The notes below the pieces were generated by a model. The model had not been told where the DNA came from. It saw nothing but the letters and a program-made list of their open reading frames with translations, and ran no database searches. Made by a program: the position numbers and the translations under genes. From Centroscyllium fabricii (taxonomy: Eukaryota), in assembly GCA_051313645.2 (NCBI GenBank), contig JBNRSN020000010.1, positions 66,650,001 through 66,714,000 of the forward strand: a DNA stretch of 64,000 nucleotides, written 5' to 3'. This document shows positions 35,101 to 47,899 of this stretch, in pieces; positions within the stretch are counted from its first letter, which is position 1; the number at the start of each line of letters is the position of its first letter.

Positions 35101-37268
35101 GTCCCTGATCGTGAGCGTGACAATGCAGTAGCCGGTGATGTCCGCCGTGTGGGACTTTGAGGCAAGGGAGATTTGGTAGTGCGTGGGCTGGGTCCGCAGT
35201 GCGTAGCGCCGCACTGTGTCGGGGTGTATAAACATAGAAACATAGAAACTAAGCGCAGGAGGAGGCCATTCGGCCCTTCGAGCCTGCTCCGCCATTCAAT
35301 GTTCAATGAGATCATGGCTGATCATCCAAACACAGTACCCCGCCCCTGCCCTCTCCCCCGATCGCTATATCGACACATATCCCACCCTATCCCCGTAACC
35401 CCACATATTTAATGCCCCTAACACTAAGGGTCAATTTATCCTGGCCAATCAACCTAACCCGCACATCTTTGGACTGTGGGAGGAAACCGGAGCACCCGGA
35501 GGAGACCCACGCAGACACGGGGAGAATGTGCAAACTCCACACAGATCGTACCGGAGGCTGAATTTGAACCTGGGTCTCCAGTGCTGTGAGACAACAGTGC
35601 TAACCGCTGTGCCACCGTGCCGCTCTCTGTGCTACCGGTGTCGAACAGGCAGTTAGTGATGTGCCCGTCCACCTTAATCCCCATCATGGAATTGGACAGG
35701 GTGTGCGGCCTAGCCTGGTCGACAGTGGCTGAGGCCGAGGTGTGTGTGTATAAGTGGGGGCCCTCCGCTAGCTGGGGCCCCAGCCGGGGCAGTTGGCAAG
35801 ATGGCCGCTCGTAAGATGGCGGCGCTGGCAATGCGCTCGAGTCCGGCTGCTGTGGACAAGATGGCGGCGCCCGTGGTTCGCACGCGGCCGACCGCGGTGG
35901 ATAAGATGGTGGCGCCCGTGGTTCGCACACGGCCGACCGCGGTGGACAAGATGGCGGCGCCGGGGGGTCGCACATGGCCGGCCGCTGAGGATAAGATGGC
36001 GGCGCCGGGGGGTCGCATATGGCCGGCCGCTGTCGCTTTTGGAGTGGCGGCGCCCGTCCTCCGCCGTACAGTTAGGGGGGACTGAGGCGCCCGCGATTTA
36101 CCCCCGGCTGACCGCTGCTGGGTCGCGCTGCAACACTGTACCTTCGGCCATGGAATGGCATTGTTGTTTTCGCAGGCCGCGCTGTTGGGTCTGGAGCTGG
36201 ATGCTGGGTTGGACTTGCACACTCTTGCGTAGTGTCCCTTCTTCGCGCACCGCTCGCAGGTCATGTTCCTCGTGGGGCACTGCGTTCGCGGGTGCTTCCC
36301 CTGGCCGCAGAAGTAACATCTGTGCCCCGCCGGTGTCTTCGCAGCCGCCGCTGCCATCGTGGGGGTCTCGGCCTGTCGCGGTGCCGCCCAGGTGTCCAGG
36401 GTATCGTGTGGGCCGTGGCCTCCATACGCCTCCAGCTTTCAGAGCGCTCCATCCACCGCATTCGAAAGGGTTATTGTGTCCTCGAGCGACAGAGTGTCCT
36501 GTTCCAGCAGCCGCTGGCGAGCCTGGCTGGACCTGATTCCAGCCACATATGCATCCCGTATTAGGAGGTTCGCTTCCTCCTGCGCCGTCCTTGGCTGGCA
36601 GTCACAGGCCCGTGCGAGGGCTTGAAGCGCCAGTAAGAATTGTTCATTGGACTCACCGAGTCGCTGTTGTCTGGTCGCCAGAACATGCCTGGCATAGACC
36701 GAGTGGGCCGGGCGCATGTAGCAGTCCTTTAGTTTTTTCACCGCTTCCCCGTACGTCTTGAAGTCGCGGATAAAGGAATACGCCCGACCGCTGATCCGTG
36801 ATGAGAGTACCTGGAGTTTGTCCTCATCACTTGTTGCCTTTACGGCCTTCATGTAGGCCTCGACCAGGCCGAACCAGTGTTCAAAATTGTTAGCAGCATC
36901 GGGTGCCTGAGGATTAATATCGAGGCGATCCGGTTTCACTGCGTTACTCTCCATGTTTTAAATTTAAGTGAATAAAATTGACGTATCGTCAATCAAGACA
37001 CGAAAGACGAGTAGTTACCCAAACTACAGGCTTTTATTCACTTATAATGGAGCTAGTCTCCTGTCGAGTTCAAGGCGAGAATGAGCGGGGGCAGCGCGGC
37101 CCTCACCTATAAGCTCGCACCTGAGGGGACGAGTTAGAGGTGTGGCTGACCTGGCCTTACACATAATGTACAGAGTTGGAGGTGAATACATCCATATATA
37201 TACACACAATGTACAGAGCTGCCGATGAACACATTCCTATATACATACTGGTAATTATGGTTACCACA
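32109..37268 (-). mobile_element. Gypsy LTR retrotransposon C, full length but with frameshifts, stops and a SINE insertion
   Basis: Two 290-bp TG..CA LTRs (32109-32398, 36979-37268; 9 mismatches by my count); TSD CAAAG; polypurine tract AAAGAAGGGGTGAA next to the 3' LTR. Domains: gag (ATG 36954, two zinc knuckles), protease LFDTGS, RT SSSPWRAQVVVV/YLDN, RNase H ESDASD, integrase DFKGPLP/HSDRG/GQVERENG. Confidence 0.97.
35229..35620 (-). mobile_element. HE1-like tRNA-derived V-SINE inserted in the Gypsy C protease
   Basis: tRNA-like head GCACGGTGGCACAGCGGTTAGCAC, V-domain GTGTGGAGTTTGCACATTCTCCCCGTG, CR1-like 3' tail; splits DTGSTES|FIHPD. Confidence 0.9.
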
Positions 37269-37547
37269 CAAAGCAACCCAATATTTCCCCAAATCTGCTC
37301 TGCAGAAGTCTCAAAATAAAAAAAGTATTAGTTAAATTTTCAATGCTGATTAAACCGAACTGACTCTGTCATTTTAGCCACAGCTACAGCTGCTTAAAGT
37401 TGTGCTGCCTCTTCACTCTCTTTTGGGCAGCATATTGGCTTTTAAAGAAATGGGTTTCTGAAAAGTTGCCTTTTAAATGAAAGAGCAAGGAAAGCACTTG
37501 CAATATATTGTGCCTTACCACATCCTCAGGAAGTCCTAAAACACACA

Positions 37548-38349
37548 GGGCTGGATTTTCATTGAAAAGTCGGGTCGGAGGCGGGCCCACAACTTTCGGG
37601 GTTGTAGTCCCGCCTCCATCGAGTTCTAGCCAACCCATGTGATTTTGACTTGATTGACCTTGTTGAGCCCGTCCACTGGGTTCAGTATATCAATTAGGGG
37701 CCACCCGGCAACAGGTAATGTCATAGATTGATATTTCATCTGTCACGACCTTTTGACAGATGAAATATCAGCGTTTCACAGCTGTTTGAAGCTGTCAAAC
37801 ACTGACAATCTGTACTCTAAGTTAATTCCTTCCTCTCAGGATGATTTAGAGATCTTCCCAGAACAGAAAGCTGAATGCTGCAATTTTTGACAGCTCGCAG
37901 CCATTCTGCTTTCTGTGCGGGTGAGATGAGTGACTCCCAAGACCTGAAGGAAGGAAGGCTGTAAAGGTATGTAAAACGTATTTAAACACTTTACACACAC
38001 CAAACACACTTACCTTTGCACTCATGCACCCATCACTCACCTGAACACCGGACATCTCGAACCCTCCAAGCCCTTCATCCCAATGGTCCGCCTCCTCTAA
38101 CTTTGCATGGTTTGGAGCCGTCAAGAATCCCACAGTTCAACATTAAAAATAGGGATTAGGCTAAAAACTGCCTAATAATCCCCTTCCCTCCTCGGAGGCC
38201 GAGTCCCAGTGCGGGGCAGGAACCCGCCTCCTTTGAAACTGGCATGGAGGTGGGTTGAGGGCAGGATGGGTTCGGGGCCCCCGATTTCAGGATTTTAACC
38301 ACCCGCATGCCTCCAATCCCACCTCTACGGCCCAATGAAAATCCTGCCC
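37548..38349. mobile_element. Harbinger-like MITE inserted in an old SINE
   Basis: TIR GGGCTGGATTTTCATTG / CAATGAAAATCCTGCCC. Confidence 0.75.
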
Positions 38350-39164
38350 TTCATGTCCATTTAATTTTTTTTGAAGTGTCGTCAATGCCGTATTGGAAAA
38401 TATGGTATCCAATTTGCACAGAGCAAGGTCTTTCAATCAGCAAATGAGATGAATCACCAGTTAAACTGTTTTTCAGGTGTTGGTTGAGTGTTCAATGTTG
38501 GCCAGAACACTAGATGACCTCCCTGTTTTCCTTTGAATAGTGCTGTAGAATCTTTTACATCTAACTGAGCAGGCAAACAGAGCCTTGGTATAATGTCTCT
38601 CATAAAAGTCTGCATTTCTGAAACATAGCTGTACTGAAATGTCAGCCGATATGATATGTTCAAATGTGCAATTCAACTCCAGAAAATAGGCATCATTACA
38701 TATCTTTAGTAATTGTATATGATGCTGGTTTCTCAAACCTTTTGCAAAACTAAAATATGTAGCCTTTCAGTTACACAAGGATGGGTGAGCAGTGTATCAG
38801 ATGAGGAGAATGGGAGGGTTTCTCATTGTCTGAGAAACCTTGTGTTAACATGGGCAAAGCCCTTGCGACAGTTCAGTTCAATTTTGGAACCTTTTGTTCA
38901 TCTGCTCTGCATCCTAATCTGCTGTTGTGAATTTAAGAATATTACAGATGGCAACTGAAGATAGAAACATTTCATATAGCCATAATGTCATGGCAGTAAT
39001 GAATTTAATTTTAATTCAATTTTCTTGACATTGTAAAGTGAACAAACACGATACAACGGAATGCAAACTTGCAAACTCCCAAGAAACGATGCAGATATTA
39101 AAATGTCCTCTCCTGTAAGTCCCAATCTGATCCATTCCATCTGCCCCCTGGCCGGCGATGTCAG

Positions 39165-39785
39165 CGACGCCGACCCCGGTGCTCCGACCACGCTGACTCC
39201 GGTGCTCCGATCACGCCGACCCCGCTGCTCCGACCCCGGTGCGCCGACCGCGCCGACCCCGGTGCTCCGACCGCGCCGGCTCCGACCGCGCCGACCCCGG
39301 CGCTCCGACCGCGCCGACCCCGGCGCTCCGACCGCGACGGCCCCGGCGCTCCGACCGCGACGGCCCCGGCGCTCCGGCGCTCCGACCGCGACGGCCCCGG
39401 CGCTCCGACCGCGACGGCCCCGGCGCTCCGACCGCGACGGCCTCGGCGCGCTGACCCCGGTGCTCCGACCGCGACGGCCCCGGTGCTCCGACCGCGACGG
39501 CCCCGGTGCTCCGACCGCGACGGCCCCGGCGCTCCGACCGCGACGGCCCCGGCGCTCCGACCGCGACGGCCCCGGCGCTCCGACCGCGCCGGTCCCGGCG
39601 CTCCGACCGCGCAGGTCCCGTCGCTCCGACCACGCCGACCCTGGCGCTCCGACCACGCCGGCCACGGCGCGCCGACCCCCGTGCTCCGACCACGCCGACC
39701 CTAGTGCTCCGATCACGGAGACCCCAGTGCTCTGACAACGCCGGCTCCGGTGTGCCGACCCCGGTGCTCCGACCACGCCGGCCCG
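39165..39785. repeat. CpG-rich 23-bp minisatellite (CTCCGACCGCGACGGCCCCGGCG)n
   Basis: More than 20 tandem units, homogeneous in the centre and degenerate at the edges. Confidence 0.95.
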
Positions 39786-40679
39786 CCGTCCCCTCCGAGC
39801 GAACAGACCCGGAACCAGTACGGGAACAACCAGTGGACAGCATCATCCTGGGAGACGCAAAGCTGTGGGCGTCTATGCGCGTCGCCATCTTGGTTCTTGA
39901 TTGGAAGTTTCACAGTTTAGCCCTCTTTTATGACAAGGCTTTGCCTCGTGCCAAAATGATCACTACTTGCTCAAGCCCCACAATAAATTCCAGATTAATT
40001 TATAAAGATGAATCAGTTTCTCCCTCCTTCACCTTTCTACATAACTTTACTTATATTTGGAATGCAGACAAGTGCTGTCTGCCTTGAGTCTGTTCCATGG
40101 TTAGTAACAGTATGTGCGAGAGATTGACTTTCTTATATGAAACAAAACACACATTGCTACTGGACAGCTTTCTTAATTGTCTGTTTGAAGAGGAATTAAT
40201 GGTTTAATGTTGCATTCTGTGTACAATCATAGAATCATTTTTCCGTAAACTAATCAGTTGATTACTACAACCAGGAAAGTCATTGATGCCTGAAAAACTC
40301 TGCCATTATACTCACTCCTCTGCCTGCTCTTGCAGTTGTCTGCTCATTTCCACGCTTCTACTGAGATCTTCCCATGCACAGTCTTGCTGTCTCAGCTGTG
40401 GCCTTTCAGATGGTCTCATCCCATTAGGGACCAATTCCATCATCATCTGATGGTAGTTAAAATAACACAGTAGTTCTGAAAACTCTTGTGACAAATCTGA
40501 AGCATTTATGTCCAAGACAGGCCAAACAGCCTCCTTCTGTGATTCTATGGTATTTACATAAGGGGTTATAAACTAATTTCACTCGGAAATTAGATCCCTG
40601 CTTAATTTGACAATTGTTGGAATTTAGTTTGTACCTAATATCTAACATAGGTGCAAAGGCATTTAATTCAAAAACAATC

Positions 40680-41080
40680 AGAGTCATAGAGTTATACAGC
40701 ACAGAAAGAGGCCTATCGTGTCCGCGCTGGCCATCAAGCCCTGTCTATTCTAATCCCATTTTCCAGCACTTGGTCCGTAGTCTTGTATGCTATGGCATTT
40801 CAAGTGCTCATCTAAATGCTTCTTGAATGTTGTGAGGGTTCCTGCCTCTACCACCCTTTCAGGCAGTGAGTTCCAGATTCCAACCACCCTCTGGGTGAAA
40901 AAGTTCTTCCTCAAATCCCCTCTAAACCTCCTGCCCCTTACCTTGAAACTATGCCCCCTGGTTATTGACCCCTCTACCAAGGGAAAAAGTTCCTTTTTAT
41001 CAACCTTATCTATACCCCTCATAATTTTGTACACATCAATCAGGTCCCACCTCAGCCTTCTCTGCTCCAAGGAAAACAAT
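40680..41080 (-). mobile_element. CR1 3' fragment (same subfamily as 22486-23622)
   Basis: ORF 40750..41079(-) FSLEQRRLR...NFFTQRVV, plus tail. Confidence 0.92.
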
Positions 41081-41200
41081 CATCATGCGGGTTTTATTCA
41101 AATGTGTTGAATTGTAGCTGCTTTTCAATTTAATCTGTTTGGTCTTGGTCACTTTTTTCTCCCAAATTATTTATCAGCCCAAATTGTTTAAATCAGTGAA

Positions 41201-41938
41201 TGGCCCAGAAATTCCATTCCCAATGTGTGAGTACGCGCTGGGTACTCACCCGTAGGCCTGTCCGAAGTGCCGGTTTCGTGCATGCACAGCGCATGTGCGC
41301 AAAATCAGCGCTTCCAATCCCCTGACCGAAGGGGTCAGGGGTCGGAACGTGTGCACGTGCGCAATGGACTTCTGATTTTTTTTTTACAGTTCTGTGTACG
41401 GGTAAGTATTGGAAAAAGTTACGGCTCCTATGTTCATGCGCAAAGACCCCTTTTCAGAAGGTAAGTGGTGAATTAATTCAATTAAAAACAATTTTTCCAC
41501 AGGTTTTTTATTTTTAAATACTTTAAAGAAAGGTAAGTTTATTTTTAGTCCCGTTAAAAGCTTTAATTATTTTTTTCAAAATTTTTAATTTTTGTTTAAA
41601 ATAGCTAATTTATGTAATTGATAGTTATTTTTAAAAATGTGTTTTTTTTAAAATTTAGATTTTGGGGCTTGTAGTGTTCATAAGTTTGACAGGTCTTCCT
41701 GTCAAACTTATGAATGGAGCATTCTGTGCTCCGATTGGCTCTCCGTGGCTCACGTGATCCCGCACGATCCCTCGCACTAACTGCGCCGCTTGGATCCGGG
41801 AGCGCGGCGCGCCGGCATTTCAGGAAGGCCCCGCATCGGGATTCCATGCGGGGGCACAGCTTAACGGCTGGCGCGCTAGGTAAGTGTAGGTTGGAGTCTT
41901 GCACACGCGGGAAGCCTCCAACCCGAATATCTGGCCCA
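41201..41938. mobile_element. Probable non-autonomous DNA transposon
   Basis: Imperfect TIR TGGCCCAGAAATTC / GAATATCTGGCCCA. Confidence 0.5.
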
Positions 41939-42015
41939 ATCTGTCTGTGGCCTTTAGAGGTGACCAGGCAAGATAGCTTTCACAGCAGGAAAAGAACTGC
42001 TACATAACAGTACTA

Positions 42016-42443
42016 CAGGTTGAGTACCGGTAATCCTTTACCCGAAACGCTGGCAACTTCAGTGGTCCGGTATAAATCGCCTCGACTGCCCTGCGCATGC
42101 GCAAAATGGCAGCCGCGATCGAGGCTTCGGCGAATGATCTGCACATGCGCCGCCGGACGGCGAGCGCATGCGCAGATCAATCAAAACGGCCGCCAGACGA
42201 GCCGGGCCTTCCATGGTGAAGCGCGCGGTTCCCTGGAGCAGCTTGCAGGCCGTCATCAGGAAACACAAACCGCAGCTGAGACTCCGCAAGGACGTTCGGC
42301 GGCCATTTCCAATATTGTGCGTGTGCGCACGGCCATTTTGAATGGTGCACGCATGCGCACTGACCGACTTCATTCTACCGGTTTTTTCACTTTCCCGGCA
42401 CGGGCCAGGTCCCGCCTGTGCCGGATTACCGGTGCTCAACCTG
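42016..42443. mobile_element. Tc1/mariner MITE, copy 3
   Basis: TA|CAGGTTGAGTACCGG...CCGGTGCTCAACCTG|TA. Confidence 0.85.
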
Positions 42444-42543
42444 TATTTATATCCTAATTTAGCACAGCAGTTGCAAACTATTATTTTTCACTATATAATG
42501 GTCAAACTAGGCTTAACTAAGGTAAAAATATAGTTTGTTACTA

Positions 42544-42974
42544 CAGGTTGAGCACCGTTAATCCGGCACGGGCGGGACCAGGCCCGTGCCGGGAAAGTGA
42601 AAATCCCGAACGATTGAAGCTTCAGCGAGCGCATGCGCAGACGATTCAAAATGGCTGCCGCGAAAGGCCGGCAGCCATTTTGAGTGATCTGCGCATGCAC
42701 TTATCATTTGGGAAGTCCCGGCCCGGCCCGCGTTCGGGGAGTCCCGGCCCAGGCCGCGTTCAGGGAGTCCCTGGCCTGGCCCGCTATCGGCTCGGCGAGA
42801 CCATTGTGAATGATCTGCGCATGCGCTTGCCGTTCGGCGGCGCATGCGCAGATCATTCGCCGAAGCATCAATCGCGGCGGCTATTTTGCGCATGTGTGGC
42901 GCAGTCGGGGAAATTATTGCTGGACATTCGAAGTTGCTGGGTTTTCGGGTAATGGATTAACGGTGCTCAACCTG
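42544..42974. mobile_element. Tc1/mariner MITE, copy 4, inverted relative to copy 3
   Basis: TA|CAGGTTGAGCACCG...CGGTGCTCAACCTG|CA; interior is reverse-complement-similar to copy 3. Confidence 0.85.
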
Positions 42975-43363
42975 CATTACTATTCACCTGTTCCATTACT
43001 ATTTAATAAATATATTTGGGTTAAAAAATTTAATTTCTACTGTTATGATCTTCTGCCATCTTCTGAAGCAGAGAAGAATCATTTGATTAAAGCAGTAACT
43101 GAAATAAACTAAAGACATTTTCTCTGTTTAATCCTGAGAACTCTATTGGATATGTAAGCGAGCCAAAACCTTTTCCCTGGGATCTAGGGAGCTAACGCTC
43201 AACTACAAGTGTAATCTGAAACATGGAACGTGGAAGCCAAAATATCTTGAGTAAGAAGAGTAAAGACAACCTATGAACACAATGTGATTGTTGGAACTGT
43301 GTGGTACAGTAATAGAAGAAAATACCATTAAGATTGTCTTCATGCCTCTTCTGTTTCTTTCAG

Positions 43364-43453
43364 GAATTCTTTCTACTCCAGCTGATTCAGAAGAGGACTT
43401 GGAGGATCACTTATCTACCCCAGATCAGACAAAACCATTGAAAAAAGAGTCTG
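43364..43453 (+). CDS. FSIP1: FSIP1 coding exon 3
   Basis: Strong acceptor ctgtttctttcag|GA and donor G|GTAGG; 90 nt, phase 1 to 1. ILSTPADSEEDLEDHL resembles the acidic FSIP1 SDEDLD segment. Confidence 0.8.
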
Positions 43454-44058
43454 GTAGGAATATTTATTCAATACTGGAAATTGAACATAATTTAATCAAT
43501 TTACTGGTGTTTGGCTCATTTTACCTATGTTGTAAAGAAACCTAATCTAGGTTGATATCCACCCTTGCCTGCTATAATTGTTCTGCATGAAATTTCTACA
43601 GGCAGTCTAAATTCAATTTGTGGTGCATTCACAAAACTGCCACTAAATTGACAGTTGACTTTGGCTTTTTTGAATAACTGGTAAAGGAAATGGAGAAATT
43701 AACATTAGTGTGCGTGCACGTGTCCAAATAAAGTACACACCATGAATTCTGCATTTTGTTACCACTTGTTTAGACAGTCTACTAAAGAAAAATTGAAGCT
43801 CTTATTGAGATCCTGTTAACATAGTAATACTGAGCTGTTTTCTTGACAATTACAATGTGAAACTGCTCTTCATTACTGTCAGAATCCACATTTACTACCA
43901 CAGATAGGAGCCTTTGAGGATCGTGACCAGTTGCAGTAACTCAAAAGAATACTGGGAAAGAATTGGGAAAACATCTCCTTATCCCCAGCATTTCATTTGA
44001 AGTCTTCAGGCTTTTATATCCACAGAATTAGTAGTTCTGACAGTAGATCTGGCGACCT

Positions 44059-45705
44059 ATAAGAACATAAGAAATAGGAGCAGGAGTAGGCCAATCGGCC
44101 CCTCGAGCCTGCTCCGCCATTCAGCAAGACCATGGCCGATCTGATCCTAACCTCAATTTTATTTTTACTCTCCATCCCGCCCAAACCCATGTGATCACCC
44201 GGGAGAGGCGAAAAACCAGATAAAAAACCCAGTGGCCAATTTGGGAGAAAAAATCTGGGAAATTCCTCTCCGACCCATCTAGGCGATCGAAAACTGGTCC
44301 AGGAGATCACCTGGGTGATCTGAACCTAGCCTCATGTCCACTTACCTGCCCGCTCACCATAATCCCTAATTCCCTTTAAGGCCCTGTCACACCTAGGCGT
44401 TTTAGCCAGCGTATGCAAATTTGGCTAAAACGCTGAACTTTTGACTTTTTTTCAGTTTTGGGCGTATAATAGCGTATTCATAACGTATGCATAACGTATT
44501 AGTAACGTACACAGAACGTATCGATAACTTACAGATAACTTATACCAACGAATGCTTAGCGTGTTGTCGGCGTTCTCAACTTATGCCCAACGATAGTCTA
44601 ACGTATGCATAGCGCGCGGCAGCGTATTGCCGACGTTTTAGATAAATGTTGATACGTTGGCATACAAAATCGTCAAGGTGTGACAGGGCATGACAGGGGC
44701 ACAGGTAAGGTGTGTTCAACGATCGCCTAACGTGCCTACAACGTATGGCCAGCGTATGCGGAACGTGTGAGTCATACGCTGGATAAGTTGAGATTTTTTG
44801 TGCATGCTCAAAAATTCTCGACTTACTCGAAGTACAACGACGTATGCAACGTATGCCCAGCGTATGCCCAGCGTTCTCGTAACGTATGCATAATGTACCC
44901 ATAACGTATCCGACGTAACCCAGCGTTTTAGCCAAATTTGCATACGCTGGCTAAAACGTCTAGGTGTGACAGGGCCTTTACTTTCAAGAAACTGTCGATC
45001 TCTGTTTTAAGTTTATTCAATGTGTGGTAGCTTCCAAAGCTCTCTGGGACAGCAAATTCCACAGCCCCACCATCCTCTGAGTGAAGAAGTTTATCCTCAT
45101 CTCAGTTTTGAAATGGCAGCCCCTTATTTTCAGATTATGGCCCCTAGTCCTAGTTTCACCCACCATTGGGAACATCCTCACCGCATCCACCCGATCAAGC
45201 CCTCTCACAATCTTATATGTTTCAATAAGATCGCCTCTCATTCTTCTGAACTCCAATGAGGAGAGGCCCAATCTACTCAACCTCTCGTCATATGTCAGCC
45301 CCCTCATTCCCGGAATTAACCTAGTGAACCTTCTTTGCACTGCCTCGAGAGCAAGTATGTCCTTTCTTAAATATGGATACCAGAACTGCACGCAGTATTC
45401 CAGGTGTGATCTCACCAATACCCTGTACAACTGCAGCAAGACTTCCCTGTTTTTATACTCCATCCCCTTAGCAATAAAAGCCAACATTCCGTTGGCCTTC
45501 CTGACCACCTGCTGCACCTGCATACTAACTTTTTGTGTTTCCTGCACCAGGACCCACAGATCCCTTTGCACTGAAGTACTTTCCAGTTTCTTTCCATTTA
45601 GATAATAACTCGCTCTCTTATTTTTCCTGCCAAAGTGCATAACTTCACACTTTTCAGTATTATATTCCATCTGCCAAATCTCTGCCCACTCACTTAGCCT
45701 ATCTA
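44059..45705 (-). mobile_element. 5'-truncated CR1 LINE with structured 3' UTR module, split by a MITE
   Basis: ORF 45017..45670(-) is the CR1 C-terminus; 3' UTR 44059-44345 is homologous to 8964-9240. Confidence 0.93.
44379..44977. mobile_element. PIF/Harbinger MITE (ACGTAT-rich), copy 1
   Basis: ~58-bp TIR AGGCCCTGTCACACCTAG...; TSD TTA on both sides. Confidence 0.9.
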
Positions 45706-46387
45706 TGTTCTTTTGGTAAATTTGGCAGGACCTCCATGTGCCTGGCCTTGCCGGGTTTCCCTTGCGTTACGGTGCTCCCCAACACCCTCCCCGTAAATAT
45801 CTCGGAAGAAATGCTGTGTACTGCAATCTAGACCAAAAGACAAAAACAAAATTAAAACTTTATTTCTGCTTTTTCTGTGCTTCTGATAAAGAACAGGCAT
45901 CTGTTCCACTAGAAAGGGATTCTGATACTATTTAAGAGGAAGATTTAAGATTATGCTAAGTCAGATATTGCACACCTCCCTCCAGGCCTTGCTGTGCTGG
46001 GTCCCATTGCACTTCCATAATGTAGAGATGCAGAAAGCAAAATGACAGAATCTCCATGGAAAGCGTATCCCCAGTATGAACATTTGTAGTATGTTCCCCC
46101 AACTATGCACTTACTATTAACTTTAAAAGGAATTTTTTCAGATGAAAAAAAATCTAACATGAAGTACACAACAGAACCTGGTGGTTTACTAACAGTAAAT
46201 GCCGTACAGTAAACACGCTCTTTAGACTTGATTCAATTCTTTTGTTTATACTATATGTTTGTTTAATGACTTTTATTTTAACTAACCATTGTTTTAAAAT
46301 AAATCGATGTTGCACAGCGAGTAAATAAGATTATATTACTTATAAATCCTAAGAAATTATTATAACATAAAAATTATCCTTTAATAA

Positions 46388-46621
<234 letters not shown>

Positions 46622-47899
46622 TAATATCAAGTAAACAATGGGTGCAACATGCTAATGCAATTTAAGTTTTTATGAAATAATTTTTTTAATTATGTAGTTT
46701 TATTTGGTTGAGCTGAATCCCTCAAAGTTGCTTTGACAAATAAAAAGTAATTACTGCTGTCTTTTCTGTCATGATGAATGTGAACAGCAATTTTTAGCTG
46801 TTTGCTAATATGTACACATTGCATTGAAGTTGCCATCTACATATTCATGCTTTCTATAGCAATTTCTAATATGTAACCATTTCTGAAGTTGAAAGAAAAA
46901 TGAACGCTGGTCATTGAAATTAAAATGCACAAAAGTTACGGACTGAAATTTCATGCTTAATATCTTTGAATTCTCTGGTTGGGGTCGGTGCTGGTGATTT
47001 TACATGTGGCGTTGATGATGAAAACTAAGACTCAAGGATGAAAGCTTCCTTTCATTTATAGATCATTCAAATTTTCTGTAATAAGGATAATTGAACAGTG
47101 GGTACTTTGATTGTTTCTGGTTTTGAAGCAGTCCTTTTAAGAACCAATAGCCATCCTGTATGTTTGTTTATAATTTTTTGTTCTTGGGATGTGGGTAATG
47201 CTGGCAAGGCTGCATTTATTTGCCCATTCTTGCTTGCCTTGAGAAAGTGGTGTTGGGCAAGTGGTGTTGGGCTTTCTCGTTGAGCCGCTGCAATCCTTGC
47301 AGTGACGATGGTCCCATGATGGTGTTAATTAGGGAATTGCAACATTTTTACCTAGGGATAATGCAGGAATGGTGCATTTGTCCAAGCCAGGATGGCATGT
47401 GATTTGAAGGTGATGGTGTTCCCATGATTTGTTGCTATTTTCTTTGGTGTTCGAGTAGTTCATGAAACTATTGTGGCTATTCTAGCAGCTGTCACAAAAC
47501 CTGTGTCTATCATTGTTTTAAAATGAAAATTGGAGCTACACTATTGTAGCCAATTTTTTTTATCAGTGCCACTTTTGAGTGCTGTTTCCCCACTGGGGTC
47601 TGTGATTGTGGAATTAAATCTCATGTCTTACTACCCACATAGCAATGTCTTCTCTCTATTTTTATAGACTGTGAATTAATTTCTCTCAGTTTTATCATTA
47701 TTGCTCTTTATTCCCTGTGAACCAATCCCCACTCCTTTTAATCTCTATCCCCCCTGTCTAAACTTAACCTCTCAATTGTTTTGTGTGTCTGTTCCCGTAT
47801 TGTGTTTATGCCGAGGTTACAACACTTTGGATTTTGAAATGGAAGTTAAAACAAAATCAGAGTGATTTTCCTTAACAGGAGAAATTGTTTGGTTGGTAA

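Larger units (their letters stand above)
31483..37290. mobile_element. GC-rich Harbinger MITE (31483-32108 plus 37269-37290) interrupted by Gypsy C near its right end
   Basis: Left end GGGAAAAATTCGGTGTTG; the right end CAACCCAATATTTCCCC resumes after the Gypsy LTR. Homologous to the 28153 and 54279 elements. Confidence 0.75.

Noticed and set aside
38988-40087. Long Arg/Pro/Gly-rich ORFs on both strands (up to 262 aa)
   Set aside because: By-products of a stop-free GC-rich 23-bp minisatellite.
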